The notes beneath the pieces were generated by a model. The model saw only the letters and a program-made list of their open reading frames with translations, searched no databases and was not told the DNA's origin. Source: Octopus bimaculoides (Eukaryota). Taken from it: a stretch of 40,039 nt of DNA. The DNA is taken from assembly GCF_001194135.2 (NCBI RefSeq), contig NC_068988.1, positions 81,972,800 to 82,012,838 of the forward strand, read 5' to 3'. This document shows, in pieces, positions 1-10,497 of the stretch. A program made the translations under genes and the position numbers. Numbering within the stretch: the stretch's first letter is position 1; every line of letters begins with the position of its first letter.

Positions 1-186
1 TGAGTACGAAGTGTATTTCCTGGGCCAAAAAATTAGATGGCCGACAGATATATTTAAACATGAATAAATAAACACGCGTCGAGTGATTCACTATAGATTA
101 TATTTGTAAAGCAATGGCGACATAGATGAAAGATTGAGCCAGACCAATAATATCCACTATTTCAATGAACACAAGTTTCTTAGTTC

Positions 187-313
187 AAACCTACCGATAG
201 ATAGATAGATAGATAGATTGATAGATAGATAGATAGATAGATACATACATACATACATACATGCATGCATGCATGTATACATACATACATACATACATAC
301 ATACATACATACA
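187..313. repeat. Compound microsatellite (GATA)n then (ACAT)n
   Basis: Read directly from the sequence; explains ORF 191..433. Confidence 0.95.
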
Positions 314-317
314 TGTT

Positions 318-667
318 GGCGCAGGCGTGGGTGTGTTAAGAAGTTTGCTTCTCAGCCATATGGCTCCGGGTAAGTGGACTTGGTAGACGGAAACTAAAAA
401 AAGCCCGTACTCTGTGATTGTGTGTATGTGCATGTGGGGGTGAGTGTGGGTATGTGCGTGTGTGCGTATGCGTGCGTGTGTGTGCGTGTGTATGCTTGTC
501 CCCCACGGCTGCTTGACAACCGTTGGTTCGTCAAAAACAACCTATAGAATTAGTACCAGGTTTGAAAGAATGAGCACTTCTACAGACTAAAGATCCTCCA
601 AACTAGTGCTCTAGCATGACCGTAGTGTAATGACTGAAACAAGTATGGAGATTAAAGATAAAAGATA
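318..667 (+). mobile_element. tRNA-derived SINE (octopus OK/OR-like type), internally deleted
   Basis: Head GGCGCAGGCGTGG..GTTAAGAAGTTTGCTT, body TGGTAGACGGAAAC, internal (TG)n, tail CTAGCATGACCGTAGT..AATGACTGAAACAAG. Aligns to the reverse complement of 26717-27093. Confidence 0.8.
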
Positions 668-692
668 TTTATATATATATATATATATATAT

Positions 693-1239
693 NNNNNNNN
701 NNNNNNNNNNNNNNNNNNNNNNNNNNNNNNNNNNNNNNNNNNNNNNNNNNNNNNNNNNNNNNNNNNNNNNNNNNNNNNNNNNNNNNNNNNNNNNNNNNNN
801 NNNNNNNNNNNNNNNNNNNNNNNNNNNNNNNNNNNNNNNNNNNNNNNNNNNNNNNNNNNNNNNNNNNNNNNNNNNNNNNNNNNNNNNNNNNNNNNNNNNN
901 NNNNNNNNNNNNNNNNNNNNNNNNNNNNNNNNNNNNNNNNNNNNNNNNNNNNNNNNNNNNNNNNNNNNNNNNNNNNNNNNNNNNNNNNNNNNNNNNNNNN
1001 NNNNNNNNNNNNNNNNNNNNNNNNNNNNNNNNNNNNNNNNNNNNNNNNNNNNNNNNNNNNNNNNNNNNNNNNNNNNNNNNNNNNNNNNNNNNNNNNNNNN
1101 NNNNNNNNNNNNNNNNNNNNNNNNNNNNNNNNNNNNNNNNNNNNNNNNNNNNNNNNNNNNNNNNNNNNNNNNNNNNNNNNNNNNNNNNNNNNNNNNNNNN
1201 NNNNNNNNNNNNNNNNNNNNNNNNNNNNNNNNNNNNNNN
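693..1239. other. Assembly gap flanked by (TA)n
   Basis: N run; (TA)n at 668-692 and 1240-1258. Confidence 1.
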
Positions 1240-1260
1240 TATATATATATATATATATGC

Positions 1261-1411
1261 ATAGACGATAAGAAAATGGAGGAAAAATAGCAAGAAGAAG
1301 TGTGTTTTTTGCTCTAGGAAGCCATTATTTCTTAACTAATTAAATAATGACTTCCTAGCGCAAAGGACACACTTCTTATTGTTATTTTTCCTCCATTTTC
1401 TTATCGTCTAT
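1261..1411. repeat. Imperfect inverted repeat (70-bp arms, 11-nt loop); possible fold-back or MITE
   Basis: 1261-1330 pairs with 1342-1411, with 6 non-Watson-Crick positions. Confidence 0.9.
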
Positions 1412-1579
1412 ATAAATTAAACTACTGTTTACCCGCCAAATTACCTGCTGCCGTATACCTTTTACCAAAGACTATACCTACTGAGGTAATTATCAGTTGC
1501 CTTTGGATATATCTACCCCTTAGAGGCTTTAAGTACGTCTAACTTATACCTGCATATATATATGCATATGCATATATGT

Positions 1580-2030
1580 GTACAGGACATCACCAACGGC
1601 TGAAACAACATAGAATATATAAACAAACGAGTTAAATACGTAAACAACGAGAAAAAAAGGGAAAACATGACAAGTAAATACAGAAAAAGGAGCCTTCATC
1701 AGCTGTCGGCTGTCTACTCATTTCGAGCATTCAACGACAATATGAGTCTTCAAAGACAGTTGCTCCCATAAATTCTAAAATAACATTTAGGATTTATGGA
1801 AGCTCAAAGTTGGGAACAAAAACATGACAGTGGAGACATACAAGGAAAACGAACGTAAACAAAGATGGAAGGTCGTTAGACCAGAACGAGAGAAAAATAG
1901 TGAATGCTGTGAGAAAAATTTTTTTTGAAAAGAGAAAAGATAGAAAAGAGAGAAAAAAAAGTCTGCTCTTTTGAACGTCCGTGCAGGAAAAGAAAGATGG
2001 ACGATGGTCACGTGTGAGCAACGAGAGAGA
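1580..2030. mobile_element. Unclassified interspersed repeat, copy 1
   Basis: Aligns along its length with 2415-2840; 1717-1782 is identical to 2542-2607. Confidence 0.8.
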
Positions 2031-2412
2031 GAGAGAAAGAGAGGAGAGAGAGACAAACAGATAGAAATCGTTGAAGGAGGGAGGGGAGAAAAAGGGAATT
2101 AGAGGAAGATGGAGGAAGACAACAGTATAGAGAAGAGAGTCGCATCAAAAAGGTGAAGGAAATGGATGCGTGGCGTTCAGTTAAATAATAAATACTAAAT
2201 AATATATAGTATACATACATACATACATATATACATATATNNNNNNNNNNNNNNNNNNNNNNNNNNNNNNNNNNNNNNNNNNNNNNNNNNNNNNNNNNNN
2301 NNNNNNNNNNNNNNNNNNNNNNNNNNNNNNNNNNNNNNNNNTATATATATATGTGTATGTATGTATGTATGTATGTATACACATATATATATATGTATGT
2401 ACATGCATATAT
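2030..2412. repeat. GA-rich tract plus (TACA)/(TA) microsatellites around gap 2241-2341
   Basis: Read directly from the sequence. Confidence 0.9.
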
Positions 2413-2414
2413 GG

Positions 2415-2840
2415 GTGCTGGACGACGTCATCAACGGTTCAAACAACATGAAGTACGTAAACAACGAGAAGGAAAATGGTAAACTGGACAAGTAAACACA
2501 GAGAAAAGACCCTTCATCAGTTGTCGGCTGTCTATCAACTCCTCATTTCGAGCATTCAACGACAATATGAGTCTTCAAAGACAGTTGCTCCCATAAATTC
2601 TAAAATATAACTTAGGATTTATGGAGGCTCAAAGTTGGGAATAAAAACATTACCGTGGAGACATACAAGGAAACCGAACGAAAACAAACATGGAGGGTCA
2701 TTAGACCAGAACGAAAGGAAAATAAACTGTGAGAAATATCTTTTTGTAAAGAGAAAAGATAGAAGAGGAGGAAAAAACGTCCGCTCTTTTGAACGTCCGT
2801 GCAGGAAAAGAAAGACGGTCATGTGAGGAAAAGAAAGGTG
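2415..2840. mobile_element. Unclassified interspersed repeat, copy 2
   Basis: Direct repeat of 1580-2030, offset about 825 bp. Confidence 0.8.
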
Positions 2841-2925
2841 ATACTGTTTTCTTCTTTCCATCTTTCTTTTCCTCATGTGACCATCTTTCTTTTCCAGCAC
2901 TGACGTTCAAAAGAGCGGACGTTTT
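2774..2925. repeat. Inverted duplication of the end of repeat copy 2 (64-bp arms)
   Basis: 2774-2837 pairs with 2862-2925, 5 mismatches. Confidence 0.9.
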
Positions 2926-2932
2926 CTTTTTC

Positions 2933-3870
2933 TGACATAAATTTCACGAACATAATTGACATTTTATGTAAGATGTTCGGTGAAAAATATCGTTGTTGGA
3001 AGTGTTTGAACACTGAGAAAAGAGAAGACGAAGACTTTACCATACATGCGGGTAGTGTGAACAGAGAGTGTGAGAGATTTAAGCTGGATAAAACTAACTC
3101 CAGACTCGTTCAAGTACCTTACTTTTGCTCAGGGACTTACTGCTAAAAAGGACGCAAAAGTCAGCAGGAAAATTCTCGCAAAGCTGGAAATTAACCAGGG
3201 TATAACTCTTCAGGACTGTCAAAAGATTGTAACATGATACTACAATTAAGGCAGGACACAGAAGAAATCCAACGCAGAGATTGTTTACAGATAAAACCAG
3301 TGTGTAAGAGTCGGAAGACGGATAAAGTGTTTCACAAAAAACATGATATACAACAGGAGATAAACCCATGTATGGCATGCGGTGGTAGGCACCTGAGAAG
3401 AGTGTCCATTCAAAAAAGCAAAATATTTTCGTTGTGGGAACGCAGGACACGTTAAATTGCACTGCAGAACTAAGATGACGAAAAATTGAACCAAACGAGA
3501 AAAAAGAAATTCTTTGTCATCAGAGAAAAAAAGTTTGTACAACGAACAGAAAATTCATCAAGGTGAGAATCGAAAGCACTAGTGTTAAAATGCAATTAGA
3601 CATGGATAGTGACATCATAATCATAAATGAAGAAACATAGCGACAAATCGGTGAGACGAAATGATTTAAATCAAATGTATTTGCGAATGTATTTGCAATA
3701 TAACTTTTCGAGATGAAACGAAAAGGAAAATCGTTTATGCGTTGAAAAATCACAACTTATTTGGCACAGAATGTATGGAGTTATTTGAAATGTGGGAGAC
3801 CCCCATTAGTGTTTTCTGTGAAAATGTAGTCAGCTCGGTTAAAAGTTCGAATGAAGTCAAACAAATGAGG
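2933..3870 (+). pseudogene. Gypsy/Ty3 LTR-retrotransposon gag-protease relic
   Basis: Translation across frameshifts gives DINFTNIIDILCKMFGEK..EDFTIHAGSVNRECERFKL..LTPDSFKYLTFAQGL; twin Zn knuckles CMACGGRHLRR.CPFKKAK(Y)FRCGNAGHVKLHC (3369-3465); protease KFIKVRIESTSVKMQLDMDSDIIIINEET (degenerate LDTGSD at 3596-3613); then NLFGTECMELF. Confidence 0.85.
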
Positions 3871-3872
3871 CC

Positions 3873-5201
3873 ATGTTATTTGAGGCTGTTTATTCTCCAT
3901 CTATGGGAGAGGTGGAGAAGGGAGAAGAGATGGAGCTTGGACAGAGTTATGCATCCGCAACAGCCCAAGGTGTAAAGGCCAACACCCTAGAAGTGCGCGA
4001 GATGGGGTTGAGCCAAGGAGGTGGAGGGAGGGAAGCAAATTACTGGAAGGGGAAGGGGCCGGTCTGGGGCTAGCTCCCCCGAAAGAATTGATAAACGGTG
4101 TGCAGGACGTTGTTCGCGTCCTCTAGCAGGATAGAGGTGCCCCCGATGGAGGCAGTGGAGGATTGCCTCGAAGTCATTGGGAGGTTGGCCACATTGTGTG
4201 CATGTGGAGGGAAGTACGGCACAGTGGAAGTAAGGTTTGACAACGAAGAAGATGCAGTATGCCACTCTACTGCGCCGATAAGGACTCCAGAATGGGTGCT
4301 TCTGCCAGCGTACTGTTGCCAGAGTGAGAGTTGGCACGGTGTCCCCCGAAGATGTGGAGGCGTGGCTAGTGGTAGCCGTGATGTGCGGTGTAGAGGATGG
4401 GGTGGAGGTCCTCAGGATAACGGGGACCAGGCGGGGTCAGTTGGTGAGGGTTTGGCCTCGAGATTGGCCGTGCATGTGGGCTTGAAGGAGCTGTGTGGCA
4501 TCACAGAAGAAATCACACACCCAGAAGACGCCAGACTTAGAGTGGTAGTAGAAGGAAGACCACCAAAATGCTTCCTATGCGACAAAAAAGGGCACATGAA
4601 AGTAAGGTGCCCTCAGAAGGAAAACGAAGAGGAGGAACAGAAAGGTGAAGAAAAGAGAATCGAAGAGATAGTACCAGTAACAGAGAAGGATAGAGAGGAG
4701 GAATCCTTCACAGATGTAAACAGGAGGAAGAGGAGAGAACGGGTGAGCTCTCCTCCAAAGAGCCAAAAAAGGTTGAAAGAGATTGAGATGGAGAAGAGAA
4801 ACAGATGCGAGACACCAACAGAATTAATAATGGAAGATGGCGCGGAGGTAGAAAAATCATTACAACAGGATGTGGAAGGTGGTAGCATTATGGATTTTAT
4901 TACACGCCCGGACAGCCCGGGTCCGGAGCCGAAGCGGGCGGAGGTGAAAAGGAAAAAATACAAGTGGCATATGGTCACGTATACCAAAAGTATGGTTATA
5001 GAACGAAAGATTACAACGTATAAATCAATAATAGGAGTAAGGCTGCATCCAGAAGAATATTCGGAAAAAACTAAAGGAATAATCATAGATAAAGAGAGAT
5101 TTGAGAAATTAAAAGAACTGTTTGGAAGCAGCAAAGACCCGTTGCGGGTTGAAATCGAGTTCGACGAACTACCACCAGTCGTAGATTTCGAAGATTTGAA
5201 C

Positions 5202-5202
<1 letters not shown>
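3873..5202 (+). mobile_element. Degenerate ORF1 (gag-like, CCHC) of an L1/Tx1-like non-LTR element; no ORF2 follows
   Basis: SYASA motif in ORF 3873..4073; RVVVEGRPPK followed by CX2CX4HX4C (CFLCDKKGHMKVRC, 4569-4610); charged linker; runs into (ATT)n at 5203. Confidence 0.7.

Positions 5203-5288
<86 letters not shown>
5203..5288. repeat. (ATT)n, i.e. the (AAT)n tail or target of the adjacent R4/Dong copy
   Basis: Read directly; abuts the R4/Dong 3' terminus CAGTAGTTTT at 5289. Confidence 0.95.
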
Positions 5289-5291
<3 letters not shown>

Positions 5292-6293
5292 TAGTTTTAT
5301 TTTTATAACNNNNNNNNNNNNNNNNNNNNNNNNNNNNNNNNNNNNNNNNNNNNNNNNNNNNNNNNNNNNNNNNNNNNNNNNNNNNNNNNNNNNNNNNNNN
5401 NNNNNNNNNNNNNNNNNNNNNNNNNNNNNNNNNNNNNNNNNNNNNNNNNNNNNNNNNNNNNNNNNNNNNNNNNNNNNNNNNNNNNNNNNNNNNNNNNNNN
5501 NNNNNNNNNNNNNNNNNNNNNNNNNNNNNNNNNNNNNNNNNNNNNNNNNNNNNNNNNNNNNNNNNNNNNNNNNNNNNNNNNNNNNNNNNNNNNNNNNNNN
5601 NNNNNNNNNNNNNNNNNNNNNNNNNNNNNNNNNNNNNNNNNNNNNNNNNNNNNNNNNNNNNNNNNNNNNNNNNNNNNNNNNNNNNNNNNNNNNNNNNNNN
5701 NNNNNNNNNNNNNNNNNNNNNNNNNNNNNNNNNNNNNNNNNNNNNNNNNNNNNNNNNNNNNNNNNNNNNNNNNNNNNNNNNNNNNNNNNNNNNNNNNNNN
5801 NNNNNNNNNNNNNNNNNNNNNNNNNNNNNNNNNNNNNNNNNNNNNNNNNNNNNNNNNNNNNNNNNNNNNNNNNNNNNNNNNNNNNNNNNNNNNNNNNNNN
5901 NNNNNNNNNNNNNNNNNNNNNNNNNNNNNNNNNNNNNNNNNNNNNNNNNNNNNNNNNNNNNNNNNNNNNNNNNNNNNNNNNNNNNNNNNNNNNNNNNNNN
6001 NNNNNNNNNNNNNNNNNNNNNNNNNNNNNNNNNNNNNNNNNNNNNNNNNNNNNNNNNNNNNNNNNNNNNNNNNNNNNNNNNNNNNNNNNNNNNNNNNNNN
6101 NNNNNNNNNNNNNNNNNNNNNNNNNNNNNNNNNNNATTTCTTTCGCATTTAGTTTAGCCCAGTATTTACCATGTAGGGGCTTTTCTTGCCATCGTTTTAT
6201 CATGGTCCGTTGCTGTTCTAGTTTTAGTTTGGATTTCATTTGTTTTATAGCTTTTGTTGTTTCTTCTTCTTCTTCTTCGTATTTGTTAGGTAG
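5289..6293 (-). mobile_element. 5'-truncated R4/Dong subfamily A copy spanning gap 5310-6135
   Basis: 5289-5309 matches the 3' terminus at 6385. 6136-6293 matches the reverse complement of about 18730-18890 (KLKLEQQRTMIKRWQEKPLHGKYW). Confidence 0.8.
5310..6135. other. Assembly gap
   Basis: N run. Confidence 1.
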
Positions 6294-6297
6294 ATTG

Positions 6298-6374
<77 letters not shown>

Positions 6375-6384
6375 TACTATTATT
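6294..6384. repeat. (ATT)n array between two R4/Dong copies
   Basis: Read directly from the sequence. Confidence 0.95.
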
Positions 6385-6656
6385 CAGTAGTCTTATTTTT
6401 ATCACGTGCTTTCACTGCACTACCGAGTGCAGCTCTGTGTGCCTTAGGTATGTGCTGTGTTTTGCTGTGATGCTCTTATTTTTACTGTATTGAAAGTATT
6501 TTACGTAAGATGTGTGCGGTACCTAGTAGTGCTATTTTCTGTATGTTATATATACTTGTAAGTTCTGGTGTTTTTGTTATATATTTCTCTGGATATTTTT
6601 TTATCATACCTAATGCGCCTACTGTGATAGGAACTGTTTCTACTTTTAGACTCCGT
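6385..6656 (-). mobile_element. R4/Dong subfamily A 3' fragment (RLE C-terminus and 3' UTR)
   Basis: Minus strand SLKVETVPITVGALGMIKKYPEKYITKTPELTSIYNIQKIALLGTAHILRKILSIQ*, matching about 19425-19595. Confidence 0.9.
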
Positions 6657-6680
6657 TTCCATCGTTGTTATTGTTGTTAT

Positions 6681-7866
6681 GTTTTTCTGTTTTTGTACAA
6701 ATTGACTCTAACTCTCACCTAGAGACCGCAAGAGACAACAAGTTAGAAGTTCAAGTTGTTGCTACGACTAGGGTGCCATATTTTTGGTTTTGCAAAAAGT
6801 ATTGTTCTAGAGAATGTCTGAGAAAATATAAGAAAAGTAGAAGTTTGTTTTAAAAGTAATTTGATTATAAGATGATAGTGTGATGTTAAGATGCCAGTCG
6901 AAGGTTTTGGCTATTATGTACATTTAAAAGTATTTTGACACTGTTTATAGATTAAAATGTTTTGGGGATTACATAGACAATATTTTTTTTAGGATATGAG
7001 CAGTTTCCATGAGCACTATTTTGTGAATTTCTGCCATTTAGGGATTTCCTGGTATCTGAGATAGATAGCAATCAGCCCTTTGCTATCATTCCTAGGGCAC
7101 CTGTGGCAACAAGTATTGTTTTAGTCTTGAGGGTCAACATTTTTCCAATTTCAATATCAAGACCTTTATACTTGCTCAGTTATTGTAGGTCTTGACAAAT
7201 ACATTTACGTTGATTAGGACAGTCATATTGATGAAGAGGCATGATTTTTATTTGAAATCCTTCAATATAATTAATGTCTGGCATCTATCCTTCTGTCAGT
7301 CTGAACAGTAAATTTCCAAAGGAGTGAGATGTAATAATTTTCAAGCACTGGAGGTGGTTTGTGTTCCCACCAGTTTTTATAATCAGGCAGGTCCATGTCT
7401 TCGCAAATTACCCAGTGAATATACAGTGCTGCTTTATCATACTTGTTAAGATACTCTGTAGACGCAAGAAGGCTGCACATGGAGACAACATGATCGATGG
7501 TTTGATTTTGTTGTTTACACACACGACATGTTGGGCTACTGCCGTTTTTTAAGATGTTGACTTATGAGCTTCTTGTAGATAGACATTAATCTTGGGTTGG
7601 TATGATAAACCCTTCTGATTTTAAGCCAGAAGACTCTAATTATTGATGAGTAAGGGCTTTGTCGACACCAACATTAGCTCTCTTTGAGTATTTGCCATTG
7701 AGAGGTTTTTCTTGCCATTTATCAGTAAGAATATCTAACGCAGCAATTTTAACAAGGGTTTTCATACGCTTAGCTTTTTCTGTGCTTGTTTCCAGTACGT
7801 CTAATTTTGGGATTTGTTGTATTTGGAATTCACTTAGATATTTTTTTGCTTGTTTTATTACTGAGT
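6681..7866 (-). mobile_element. R4/Dong subfamily B 3' fragment (CCHC finger, RLE, long 3' UTR)
   Basis: KWQEKPLNGKY; C..CKQQNQTIDHVVSMC; WWEHKPPPVLEN..LLWKFTVQTDRRIDAR; VLMETAHIL. The 3' UTR recurs at 27745-28052. Confidence 0.85.
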
Positions 7867-7890
7867 TCTGTTACGTTACTTTATTTTTAT

Positions 7891-10335
7891 TTATCACAGG
7901 TTTTGTTGGAGCTCCTGGAGTCTTACATGCGTAGCGGGCTTGCTACTTGCAGCCTACGGTACTATGCCATCCATTCCTTTCAGCTTTCTAATACCTTCCT
8001 GGTTATTCTGGCCGTGCCAAGGATGCAAAACTTTTGTAACAGTTCTACTGGGAACTCTATTCCAATTTCCTTTATATTCCCCTTAATTGCCTTCTGATAC
8101 TGCTCCCAAGGACCCAATAATAATTTTCACCTTCTTCATTTTCCATAGCCGGGTTATTTCGTACTTAAGAGAGTTGTATTTACCTATCTTTTCGCTTTCC
8201 TTCTTGACTATTCGTGGGTCAAAGAGGCATGCAACATCAAATATATAGCATCTTGTCCACCAACAATGGGTCCGGTTTGTTATGCTCTAGCACCTGTTCT
8301 GTTTGGCTTGAGAAATTCCAGAGGATTTTGCTAGTCTCCAACTCCGCCACTCTCTGCGACTTGTCCTCATACCACGTCTTGCCTCTCTCTCGCCCCCACT
8401 TTTCGCACACTTTCCAATGTAGCACTTTCGCTACTTCATCGTGTCGCCACAACTTGTAGTGGTTTGGGGTGAGTCTAGGGCACTCGTTCGGGATATGGGT
8501 AATGGTTTCATCCACTCTATCGCAGATGCGGCACAGCAGAGACACTTACTCAATCCTAAGGTTGATTCTCCAGTTCGTGGCCAAAGCTTGGTCTTGCGCT
8601 GCCAATATAGTGCTCTCGGTCTCTTTTTTTTACTGTTCCTTTCATCACCCAATCCCACCTATTTTTTCCAGCAATTTTGTTGTGGCTGCGTGGAATTAAT
8701 TATGTGGTTCTATCTTGCGTAATTCTTCTTCGTGTCCTTTTTGTACTTCTTCCTTTGATTTTCCTTTTTTCTCTGCCTTCATTACTCCCTCGTTCCTAAC
8801 CGTCACTAACAAGGTTTCCTAACTTTAAGTTATGTATCTCATTAAGCTCTCGAGTTCGATACGCATGCAGTCTTCTACACTTATCCGTCCCCTTACCTCC
8901 ATTTGCTCTCTTCCTGTATAGGCGATCATTGTCCGCACGTGGATGATGGGCACCATGCATCGTTAGCTTTATTGACTTCCTGCCCATCTCCTTTAGTTCC
9001 TACTCTGTCCACTTTAGGATTCCAGCGCCATACCAAACTACTGCGACGGCGCGCGAGTTTATTGCCGAAATTATGTTTCTGGCATTTAGCTTTGAAGCTA
9101 ATATTTTTCTCACACGCCGTAGGTACTCTCTTTTTGTCTTTTCCTTCATGTCATTCTGTTTGATTCCATCTACCTCAAGTATTCCTCGGTATTTATAGTT
9201 GGATTGAGGTTGAATTGGCTTCATCAGTTCACCACTTGGCAACCATATGCCTTCCGTTCTGAAAAGCTTTCCTCGTCTTATCACCATCGTAGCACATTTT
9301 GAGAGTCCAAACTCCATCTTAATATCACTGAGAAAATCCGCACAGACTGGACTGAGCTGTTTAGTTCTGCCTCCGGTTTTGTGTCAGGTTGTCCATGAAT
9401 AGCAAGTGGTTCAGTTTTCCCTTACATCTTCCCAAATCATACCCACAACTTAGTTTTCTGTAGTATTTCACTCAAGGGGATGATTCCCAGCACGAAGATC
9501 AGTGGGGACACACTGACCCCCTGGAAGATACCTCTCTTGATTTTCACCTCTCCTAATATTTGATTCCCTGCTGTCAATTCCGTTTTCCAGCATCTCATGC
9601 TATTCCATTTAAGGTTTCTCATATTTTCTACTACTCCATACATTTCCAATGTTTTTACTATCCAGGAGTGTGGAATCATATCGTATGCTTTACTTTAGTC
9701 AACTCATGCCATGCTCAGGTTTGTGTGTCTTCTCTTGCATTTTCTGATAATTAGATTATCAATTAAGAGCTGATCCTTCTTCCCTGGCTCTTCTTTCGGC
9801 AGCCTTTCTATTCAGTAGGTAGCATCCCACTGTTTTTCAGGTATCTATACAGTTCACCGGGCAGCGCACCTGACATTAGTTTCCACATTAACAGAAGGCA
9901 AGTTATTGGTCTAAAGTTGGATGCAACATTTCTCTTTTCAAGATCCTTGGCACACAACAATGTATTTCCCTTTGTTATCCATCTGGATAGTGAGCCTTTC
10001 TGCAAACACTCATCTAGCTATTGCTCTATCATTTCATGGAGCCCTTTCAGCTTCTTCATTCAATAACTTTGGACCCCATCCGGTCCTGGGCTCTTCCAAT
10101 TTGGGGATTTTTTAACTGCTTTTTCATAATTTCTGTAGTTATCTTTATCTTCTTGGCCTGCTATATTTCTTAACCTATATTGGATTTCATGCAGCCACTC
10201 TATTCTCTACAGATTGGTCCCAGATCTTTCTTCAGAATGCCTTGCTTTCCTCTGCATCTGGTATAATTGCTACATGTAAATACCCATCTAGTTCTTGAAA
10301 TAGCGTCTTTTGATTTGCTTCAAACAATCTGTCGG
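7891..10335 (-). mobile_element. R4/Dong subfamily C, 5'-truncated and degenerate (RT, CCHC, RLE, 3' UTR)
   Basis: NFRPITCL; RGIFQGVSVSPLIF; NHLLFMDNL; MEFGLSKCA; HHPRADNDRLY; LCRICDRVDETITHIPNEC; HNKPD. The 3' UTR recurs at 22316. Confidence 0.9.
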
Positions 10336-10497
10336 CTCTTTACGTTCTGAGTCTAAATTCTACCTCTCATCCTTTCGGAGTCGGTGAAATAAAGTATAAG
10401 TCAAATACTGGGTTCAATATAATCAATTTATACTCTCCTCTCAAAATTACTCGCCTTGTGCCAAAATTTGAAGGAATTATTATTGGTGTTGTTGTAA
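10330..10497 (+). mobile_element. SINE with Nin/Deu-like core, 5'-partial, (ATT) tail
   Basis: TTACGTTCTGAGT..CATCCTTTCGGAGTCG..CCTTGTGCCAAAATTTGAA..ATTATTATT; same family as 27510-27733. Confidence 0.75.

Noticed and set aside
1690-1760. Intact canonical hammerhead ribozyme on the minus strand
   Set aside because: C3 is T, there is no G10.1-C11.1 stem II and stem III is not formed; kept only as a degenerate or variant candidate.
4098-5294. 398-aa ORF as a functional host zinc-knuckle gene
   Set aside because: Non-ATG start, TE ORF1 motifs, apparent compensating frameshifts, and a poly-Ile end created by (ATT)n.
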